DNA of 46,149 bases, counting the filler, from Catajapyx aquilonaris (Eukaryota): NCBI GenBank assembly GCA_000934665.2. It is 2 parts of 2 records of this genome, joined end to end, with 100 filler letters (N's around TTAATTAATTAA, not from the genome) between each part and the next. Parts side by side here need not be neighbours in the genome. Positions count along the whole stretch, not along the records: positions 23,144 to 46,149 come from JYFJ02005771.1; 1 more part is not named here. The stretch is one strand, 5' to 3'. The position numbers and the translations under genes were made by a program. The notes under the pieces were generated by a model. The model saw only the letters and a list, made by a program, of their open reading frames with translations, was not told the DNA's origin and did no database searches. How positions within the stretch are numbered: the first letter of the stretch is position 1; each line of letters opens with the position of its first letter. Below are positions 37,300-46,149 of the stretch, in pieces.

Positions 37300-37830
37300 T
37301 GAAGCGGACCTGTTCTGGACCTGGTGCGGTTTCCTTCAATCCGTTCCCATGTGAATGGCTCTGCACAACGTATGCTCCGTTTATACAAACCCGGCCAGAC
37401 GACCCCACCCGCCCCGGTGTTGTTGTCCTGACCGGACCCCCTACGACACAACCTGTTAACCTCTGACCCCGGCAGTGACCAACCTGTAGTGCCTCCTCCT
37501 CCTCCTCCTGGTAGTGTCAGTCAGTCAGCCCAACCCTCCTCAGTCCGGCTAGGGTCGTAAGGAATGGAACGCCGACAGATCTTCTCGAAGTGGCGGTCCG
37601 TGCTTATTATCCTGGTCAGGGGCAGGCAGGCAGCTCTCTCTATGATACTCTACGATAGGAGAAGAGGAGGAGGAGGGAGGAGGAGGAGGAAGGCCGGGGG
37701 AAGGGGGGCGATGGATGTCTGCGCAGAAAGAGATGCGCGATCAACCGCATGCTCTTCCCGGGAGAAGAAGTGACGTCACGCAAGATCAAAAAGACGCATG
37801 CGTACAACTCAGCCAGGTTTGCGGCTGGAA
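37300..37830 (-). promoter_or_regulatory. Probable SHOC2 promoter and non-coding first exon
   Basis: CpG-rich segment with GTGACGTCAC (CRE, 37771-37778) followed on the minus strand by pyrimidine-rich 5'UTR-like sequence. The ATG-containing SHOC2 exon begins with an acceptor at 34070, so an upstream exon is required. Confidence 0.5.
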
Positions 37831-37924
37831 TGTGTTAGCAGGTTTTTATTCACCACCACCCACTCCACGGATCAAACAGGATCAAATATGGCGGGAGATT
37901 AGCCGCTTATTGATCAGGAGGGGG

Positions 37925-39050
37925 TAGCTGCTTAATGATCGGGTGGAAATAGTTGCTTAATGATCATGTTTATAGCTGCTTAATCATCGCGTGGATATAG
38001 TTGCTTAATGACCATGTTTATAGCTGCTTAATCATCGCGTGGATATAGTTGCTTAATGATCACGTTTGTAGCTGCTTAATTACCATGTGGAAATAGTTGC
38101 TTAATAATCATGTTTATAGCTGCTTAATGATCGTGTTTATAGCTGATTAATGATCGCGTGATAGTTGCTTAATGATCACGCTTGTAGCTGCTTAATTACC
38201 ATGTGGAAATAGTTGCTTAATGATCATGTTTATAGCTGCTTAATTACTATAGTGGAAATAGTTGCTTAATGATCATGTTTATAGCTGCTTAATTACCATG
38301 TGGAAATAGTTGCTTAATGATCACGTTTGTAGCTGCTTAATTACCATGTGGAAATAGTTGCTTAATGATCATGTTTATAGCTGCTTAATCATCGCGTGGA
38401 TATAGTTGCTTAATGATCATGTTTATAGCTGCTTAATGATCGCGTGGATATAGTTGCTTAATGATCACGTTTGTAGCTGCTTAATGATCGTGTTTATAGC
38501 TGCTAAATGAACGCGTGGAAATAGTTGCTTATTAATGATCTATGCCGAAAATAGCTGCTTATGAAATAGCTGCCTACTGCATTGACATGTGGAAGTATTG
38601 CTGCTTATTGATCATGTGGAAATAATTGCTTATTAATGATCATGTTCATAGCTGGTTACTGATAAGGTGAAATAGCTGCTTATAAAATAGCTGCCTACTG
38701 CATTGACATGTGGAAGTATAACTGCTTAATGATCAGGTGAAATAGCTGCTTATGAAATAGCTGCCTGATGGTGCCTGCCATATTGCTTGTTGATCAGGTG
38801 TAGGTAGCTGCTTATTTACAGGTGGAGATAGCTGCTTATATTGATTAGGTGTAAGTAGCTGCTTATGTGAAGTATCTGGAAGGAGCTGCTTATGAAATTG
38901 AAATACCTGCTTATTAATCATGAAGGTACAGTAGCTGCTAATTTAGCAGGTGCATTGGTAGATACTTAATGGTTGGTTATTGACCAGGCCAAAACAGCTG
39001 CTTATGGACAGATGGAAGTAGCTGCTTAATGATCAGGTAGTAGCTGCTTT
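37925..39050. repeat. Minisatellite, unit of about 23 bp, decaying rightwards
   Basis: ATAGTTGCTTAATGATCATGTTT alternates with ATAGCTGCTTAAT...GTGGA to about 38530, followed by degenerate TAGCTGCTTA units. Confidence 0.92.
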
Positions 39051-40238
39051 GTATAGCAGGTTTCTTATGAAATGGCTTGTTCTGCAGTACCCAGGAACTT
39101 GACTAGGAATGGAAATAAATTATATCTATTTAAAATTTTAAAAAAAACTTTCTTTACTTAAAAAAGTGTCATACCGGTACCGAATAGTAGGCTCAAGTAC
39201 AAATAAAACTATAAAAATGTATAAAACATTGACCACTTTCATCGCAATGGACGCAGTAAATGTTAGTGGGGCCTCGTCCCCACCGTAGTATTAAAAATTC
39301 ATGTCGGCATCGACGGCATGGACTAGAAGCAAGGGCATTTTGAAATAAAACGACACGTAACAGAGTTTCCGCTAACACTTGAGAAAGACGCATCTTTTAA
39401 AAGTCCAGATGAATAAGAAAATGTAATAAATAATGTAATGATAATAATGTAATAAATAAATGTCAGTCACCTTATGTACTGGAATGCACCCCCACCGTAC
39501 TCTACCATCCCGTTCATATAATGTCTCATGTACAGTCAAACCTGTAGTCGCCCGTAGTGTAGTTTCACTCACTTGTCAGCAAATAATTTTCATTATTTAC
39601 AACAAAAATACACTAAAAATACTTCACCGGTATTGAACAAAAATAGTCATACAGACAAGTGCTCCTGGCATGAACTGTCATTGACAAACAAATTTCATAG
39701 TACCGGATGGAAGATAGAAAATGTGTCTATGTCTTATGGAGTCACTTGCATTCAATACACAAATAAGAGCAACATGAACAAGCAGCATGGCTAATAACAC
39801 AAGTAAATCACTGGGTGTCATCAAATCACCGTATGCCTTGCAATTTCACGTAACTCATACAACATACAAGTAATAGAAATACGAGATGTAAGGCTGAATC
39901 GGGCTGAATACAATGTACATAAAAAGTCACTGGATTGATTTCATGCAATTATCACAGAACATACAATATTATTTCGTGCAATAAAATGTAATCACTTTAG
40001 AGAAATTGTAAGTAGGAAGCCTTTAACACAAATGTGTCGTCCGTTGAAATTAATTCAGTTAAGTTAAATTCAATTTACATACTTAAACTATTTTAAAAAG
40101 ATCGAAATGTGAAGTCCACAAGTAAGCATAAGCGTCCTGAATAAGATGCATTGTAGAAGCATTAAAATGCTCCATTTCCAGCCCAATGTTATAATACGGA
40201 ACCTTTAATCCAGTCCATTGTTTTTAATCCGCAGACCC

Positions 40239-43069
40239 CTACAGTCCAGCTTCCGAATTGGGAGCTGCCTGAGTGCTGGCGACCATAGGAGACGCTCTAA
40301 CCAAGATCAGTTCGGAATGCTGTGGCTGTCCTTCCGCGCCGGATGGTACCACAGCTGACGTAACTACTTGAGTCACAGCCTGGGGTACGACTGTGCCGGA
40401 AGTCATGTAATATCCCATGTGCATGGTCCCGTTGTTCACGTATATAAGGGACGGAGCAAAAGTCGCGCTGAAACCACACTCGGATGTCACTGCTTCCTCG
40501 TATGGCGGAATGTCTTCGTACTGGGATGTGTACGTAATTGGCACTTGCGGAATAGTTGGGGTCGGGTCTGGTGGTGCTTCTTCCTCAGGTGGCGGTTCTT
40601 CTTGTGGGTTTGTGCCGCCGTCACGGTGGTTTTTTCTGAGATGGGCCTGGAGGTTGTCCTTTCGGCGGAATGTGCATCCACACACCTCGCATATGAAGGG
40701 CTTTTCATTAGCGTGCTTCAGCATGTGGTCACGAAGTCGCTTGCGGTCTGCATATTGCTGTCCGCACTGGTCACATTTGTAGGGCTTGACGCCGGTGTGA
40801 GAGCGACGGTGCCGGGTTATGCCGCTTATAGTGTGCGAGCTGCAACAAAAGCGCTGTTAAAAATGCAAGATATTGCGTACATCTATCCCACTTACCTAAA
40901 CCCACACACTTCGCACATGTATGGCCGTTCATTCGTGTGTCTGATCCTCACATGCTTGTCGAGAGCCGCCTTCTCGACAGTCGCATACTCGCAGTGACCG
41001 CACTTGAACCGCTTATCGACAGTGTGCTTTCTTAGCATATGCGTCTTGAGTATATGCTCCGCAATGCACACGAAATCGCACTCGGTGCACCTGCAGCTGG
41101 GAGCCAGGTCATTCCCCAGCATGTCCTTTCCATGTTTAGTGGCCAAGTGTTTGACGAGGTTGAACTTTTGGAGTGTTTTAAATGTGCAGTGACTACACTT
41201 GAACATGCAGTTGTCTCCTTGATGGCTGCGCAGGTGTATGTTCAGGCCACCACGGCTCTTAAACGCCTTTCCGCATAAACGGCACACAAAGTCCTTCGTG
41301 TCACTGTGGGTCAGCAGGTGCTTCATAAAGGAGGATTTGATTGGAGTCATATGGTCGCACAGGTCGCCTGAAAAGATTGGCACAAATATGAAGAAAAGGT
41401 TGCATCATCATCACGGAATGCATCAACTCACATTTGAAGACGGATCCCAACTTATGCGTCCTCCACACATGCAGCTTGAATGCATCCCTTGATATGAATT
41501 GTTCTTCGCATGCATTACATTCAATCAACCTGTCTTTTGTTTGCTTTGGCTTAATTTGCGGCGGAGACGGCTCTGGCACTTTGCTACGCTCTTGATTCGC
41601 TGCCGATCGCAGATGCGGACGGTTCACAAGCTCAGTCGGAGCGACAGGTTTGCTCAGAAGGCCTTCAAGTTCTGATGGCTTCTTTGGTTTGCGTTTCTTG
41701 CGCACCGTCTTCTTCTCCTGTTCCTTAACTGGAATATCTCTGGTTAATTTTTCCACGATTTGGACAGTCTCATCGCAACCGCCCTGCTTTTGCTGGACTT
41801 CATCGGTGTCATTTCTTAGCGTATCGGTGTCTGCTGGCCTTGCATACATCTCCTTCTCAACCGTATTCACAAGTGGGTTCTGCTTTTCGATATCATCCGT
41901 ATCATCAAACACGGACACAAAGTACTCCTCTTCATCATCCTCGGACTGTCCCTTCCGCCGCTGCTTCTGAAACACACTATCCATATTCCACATATCGATA
42001 TCCGTCTGCACCGATATGGTCGTCTTCTCCGGTTCTTCATCCTCCTTATCACACGATTCACCGTCCTCACTGAACAAGTACGGCGTGAGCGGCTTCGATA
42101 GACCATCCTCCTGGTACGGATTGGGCGTCACAACCCTACCATCCGCTGCAAAAAGTAGGTCCATACATATCCGATACCCACACAATAAAGGCATACTCAC
42201 CCTTCCCTTGCGCCTGCTCCATAATCAGCTCCTGGAGTCCATATATCCCCAGCATCTGCGCAATATCCATAACCCCCTGGAGGCGATCCTGGACCACGGC
42301 CAGCTCGCCCAGGTACATAAAGTTGATGGCCGCACACAGGTCCTGGTGTCGTGCGTCCATCCCCATATCGTCGTGCAGGCGTAGACTAACACGCCCAGGA
42401 GAGCTCAGTACGGCCAGGTTCTCTCTGAAAGCGTAATTAAGCAAATGAGTACATTCTATACTCAAGGTGTTCCGTACTCAAGGTGTTCTGTACTCAACAT
42501 GTTCTGTACTCAACATGTTCCGTACTCATGGTGTTCGGCAGGTGTTCTGTACTCAACATGTTCCTTAATCAAGGTGTTCTGTACTCAAGGTGTTCGGCAG
42601 GTGTTCTGTACTCAACATGTTCCTTAATCAAGGTGTTCTGTACTCAACATGTTCCTTAATCAAGGTGTTCTGTACTCAAGGTGTTCGGCAGGTGTTCTGT
42701 ACTCAAGGTGTCCTGTACACAACATGTTCCGCATTCAAGGTGTTCTGTACACAACATGTTCCGTATTCAAGGTGTTCCGTACTCAACATGTTCCGTACTC
42801 AAAGTATTCCAGAACCAAAGTGTTCAGGACCCAAAGTGTTCCATACTCAATGCGTACCTGAAGTAGAGGCATGAAGCTGCCAGCACAAGTTTGTGCACCC
42901 TGAACACTCTTCCTTCGCATTCCAGGTCCACGTCCACGACCGACTCGTCCTGCATGAGTCTCCATGCGTTTGAGCTGAGGGAACGCTCGTGGTGCTTCCA
43001 GGACAGGCACACGGAGCTGCCCATGTACGTACCAGGACGAGACGAACGAGAAGAGACGGACGAAGACAT
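40239..43069 (-). CDS. BTB/POZ (ttk-type) domain C2H2 zinc-finger transcription factor, about 740 aa
   Basis: Exons 43069-42858 (alternative in-frame ATG at 43024), 42424-42201, 42145-41432, 41367-40896 and 40839-40239 are GT-AG and phase-consistent. BTB: CLSWKHH...VDVDLECEGRVFRVHKLVLAA...INFMYLGE. An acidic linker precedes nine C2H2 fingers with HTNERPY/HTGVKPY/HANEKPF linkers. Confidence 0.92.
42455..42850. repeat. Intronic minisatellite, 16-bp unit
   Basis: GTACTCAA(CA/GG)TGTTC(C/T) repeated through almost all of BTB-ZF intron 1. Confidence 0.92.
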
Positions 43070-44417
43070 TCCCACAGAAGAACAGTAGTTGTTGTCCAAA
43101 GAGTTTTTTCTTTCTTTTTTTTACACCTTCAAATGTAACTGGAATTGTACGCGTGCGCACACACCAGAAAATTTTGGTACTTAAATGCATTAAAACGAGT
43201 ACTTATCACGGTCTGTTCGAATTAATTTATATTTTAAAAAGTGGCAGGGTTGGAAATACAATGACGTGATTTTGGCACCTGTTGGCTGCGTTGTGAAGTT
43301 GGCGATACTGATTGGAGCGCGATTCAAAATCGGTGATTGTTTGTTTGTTTGTTTGTTTTGAGGTCATTAGCAGTATTTAGGCAAAGTGTAATGCGGCTAA
43401 CAATATTGTCATAAGTGACCTTGCTTTTTCGAAATTTTATCAGTTATTTTTAATAGTTATCCTTGTGGTTATCTAAGGAAATAGTTGCTGTTATTAGGTT
43501 GCGTGATATTCTTAGACCTCACGTGGTTCCTCTACGTCTACGTGGTGATTAAGTCTTTGTTTCATTTCTAATTAAAAATTTATTGCAATTGACAGCTTAG
43601 ATATGAATTAGGGGATTGTAGGAGCAAATACACATATGTGTAACGTGGAATTGTTTTATTTGATAGAGTATCTTCATATATATTATTAATTTCTTGCACT
43701 CATTGCAAATACTTAGGGCAGGTACTATTCAAGGGTAATTTTTAAGTTTGAGACATGGGGATAATTTGGGTTGATTTTATTTGGCGGAACTGCAACGGGC
43801 ATCAAGACGGTCGTATATGAATAACCTTAATAATAAATTTTAAGTTTATTTGTTTGTTTGTTTAGGCCATTGGTTTTCGCAAATTCGCGAGGTTGTTGCC
43901 ATTATAATCTGATGGGTTGTCAGGAACGTTATCATGCCTGCAAAAATTGTGTGTGATAACGGGAATTTCCTAGACGGAAAAAAAGTGCAACAAACGGATT
44001 CACTAGCGGTTATTAATATCTGACTGATACTATACTTCTTTCTCGACATCAAAAATGAATGTACTTATCTAAACAATTCTAATGGTCACCTGTATTTTTT
44101 TAAAAAAAATACGAGCTCATTGATGATGCAAATACCCGAAGTCCATATTGATAGATGGATATGTATCTATTGGTGATGATAATAATTATTTGGACGTTAG
44201 CCATTTTATTCTGGATGATCTCGCAATTTCCAAGGCAGTCATTGAATAAACAATCAAACAAATAGTGCAAATTCCTCCCAGGTTCATGATCGCAATGATT
44301 GCAGCCCTTAATCAGTTCATGTCCTTCATTTTTTTGTATTTCGAAAACACGAACTTGGCCGATTAAACTATGTTTGCCATGATGTTTGTCTGACAAATTC
44401 CAGCACAGATCTTTGGC

Positions 44418-44448
44418 TATAAAAGCTGCGACTGAGTGTATGGTCAGT
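44418..44448 (+). promoter_or_regulatory. TATA box + initiator core promoter
   Basis: TATAAAA at 44418-44424 and TCAGT at 44444-44448 (TATA starts 28 nt before the Inr A), about 55 nt before the ATG at 44502. Confidence 0.75.
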
Positions 44449-44501
44449 ACACAGCATCTTGAGGCACTGAAGACATCGTAAGATCACAGACAGAAAGAGC
44501 C

Positions 44502-44591
44502 ATGAAACTGATCATCCTTCTCATTGTTGCGACAGCAGCAACTGCTTTCACCACCGAGGATCCACTTCACGACCAATGGAAAGACTTCAAG
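44502..44591 (+). CDS. First exon of a secreted papain-family cysteine protease (cathepsin L-like), partial
   Basis: MKLIILLIVATAATAFTTEDPLHDQWKDFK|GT is a signal peptide followed by the W..FK start of the I29 propeptide, with a phase-0 donor. Later exons were not found in the window. Confidence 0.7.
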
Positions 44592-44704
44592 GTTTGCACC
44601 TCATCATTTATTTTCATTTTCTCATGTATCCATACTACAAGGCGCAAATAGGTTGTCGCGGACACCACACGAATACAGTGCGACAATCTTTTTGCGTGTT
44701 ATAG

Positions 44705-45795
44705 TACTGGGCAATTCCACGTGAACGTGGTCACCTTTTTCACGAAAAAATTTGCCCGTCGATGAGTGTGAGATATGTTTGAGTCCATGTCAAGTTATGA
44801 CCTTTCCCATTAGGATTTGGTCCGCCGATGCGTGGTTGCCTATCTACAGGCGCTAATTGCACTTGGATCACTGTTAGAGGCGCCCCCTAATTACATTTAC
44901 ATGACAACGTAAATGCATGATGTAATACATGTTTCATGTGTGAAATTGTCTCCTCTTTCCGACAAAAATAGTCACTTTCCGATAGCTGTGCAAATTCATG
45001 TCAAAATGCGACATTTTTGCAAACAAATGACATTTTCAAAAAGAGAGCCAAAGTCAAATGGCATTATATTGATATGAAAATACACCTCACACTCACAGTG
45101 TCCTCTATCAGTGGTACAAACGGAATTTTGGAATACGAAATGGTTCCGGAGCTATAGGTACTAACGTGGAGCGCAGCGCTAGTGGCCACGCCGCTGAATG
45201 AAAATGAGCGGCCCACCTAGGTCCGTCTTCATGTCTCAGGTAGTGTACGCTTGTCCTTTGTGTTTAATTCACTTAATAATATAGTTAATGTAGTTATAGT
45301 TTTAATATATCTAGAAATAGTTCCAAATAAATTTGGTCCGCTACTGGGCAATTCCACGTGAACGTGATCACCTTTTGCACAAAAAAATCAGGCCATCGAT
45401 AAGTGTCAAAGTGTGAGGAGATATGTTTAGGTCCATGTTAGAACCTTTCGCATAAGAACTGGGTCCGCTGATGTGTGGTTGCCTCTCTACAGGCGTAAAT
45501 TGTACTTTGATCACATTTATACAAGATGTAGTAAATGCTTGATATGATACAAGTTTCATGTGTGAAATTGTCTCCTCTTTTCGACAAAAATGCTAACTTC
45601 CTGACAGATGTGCAAATTCATGGCAAAAAGCGAGAATTTTGCAAACAAAGAAATTTTCGAAACGAGAGGCAAAGTTAAATACCATCAGTCATCACATTGA
45701 TATCAAAAAATTCCTCATAGTGTCCTCTATCAGCCATATACAAACGGAATTTTGGCATACGCAAGGGTTACGGAGCTATAATCACTGACGTGGAG
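44705..45795 (+). repeat. Two diverged direct copies of a DNA-transposon-like fragment of about 455 bp
   Basis: 44705-45170 and 45342-45795 both start TACTGGGCAATTCCACGTGAACGTG.TCACCTTTT and end CGGAGCTATA...ACGTGGAG. Confidence 0.8.
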
Positions 45796-46149
45796 GGGTG
45801 CAGGAGCGCAATATATTCTATTATAGTGAAAGCAAGGGGCCCGTATGGATCCGCAAGGAATTCTGTACAGGCCTCAACAGTGAACATTCATTTGGACTGT
45901 GACTAGGAACGAATAGAGGAATGAATATAAAAATAAAAAGTAGGCTACATGTTTCTCTATTGTAAATAATCAAGCATATTTTAACACACACTTGACACTT
46001 GTGAAAATTGAAACTGTGTTGAACATGACAAAGGAATTTTCATTTATTCTTATACTATTCTATGGTAAATTTCTTTTTGAACTATATTATTAAGTGAATT
46101 AAACACAAAGGACAAGCATACACTTCCTGAGACATGAAGGCGGACCTAG

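Noticed and set aside
37925..38530. CRISPR-like regular repeats
   Set aside because: Head-to-tail tandem units without unique spacers, no cas genes, eukaryotic context.
40368..42384. Long plus-strand ORFs antisense to BTB-ZF (also antisense to SHOC2 and the MULE)
   Set aside because: Shadow ORFs of real coding sequence with no domain features.
42445..42874. Repetitive ORFs (CSVLNMF..., VFCTQ...)
   Set aside because: Translations of an intronic 16-bp minisatellite.

Overview
Eukaryotic, most likely arthropod, genomic DNA (ttk-type BTB domain, insect-like Sur-8 N-terminus, TATA plus TCAGT initiator, short GT-AG introns). The left half (1-23 kb) is a dense field of nested transposon relics: Tc1/mariner foldbacks, hAT and PIF MITEs, at least four tRNA-derived SINE families, and a nearly intact FLYWCH-MULE transposon with a 9-bp TSD and one premature stop. 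It also holds a minus-strand gamma-glutamylaminecyclotransferase-like gene. The right half carries a complete 11-coding-exon SHOC2/Sur-8 gene (-), a 5-exon BTB-C2H2 zinc-finger gene (-), the first exon of a probable papain-family (cathepsin L-like) protease (+) and several minisatellites. The most intriguing unexplained signal is a candidate spliced minus-strand transcription unit at about 25.1-28.1 kb with promoter motifs and good splice sites but no recognisable protein. Also notable are SINE families that share and shuffle structured 3' tails. An artificial N-TTAATTAATTAA-N linker at 23044-23143 means continuity across that point is unproven. I found no clear-cut novel system; the candidates are hypotheses.
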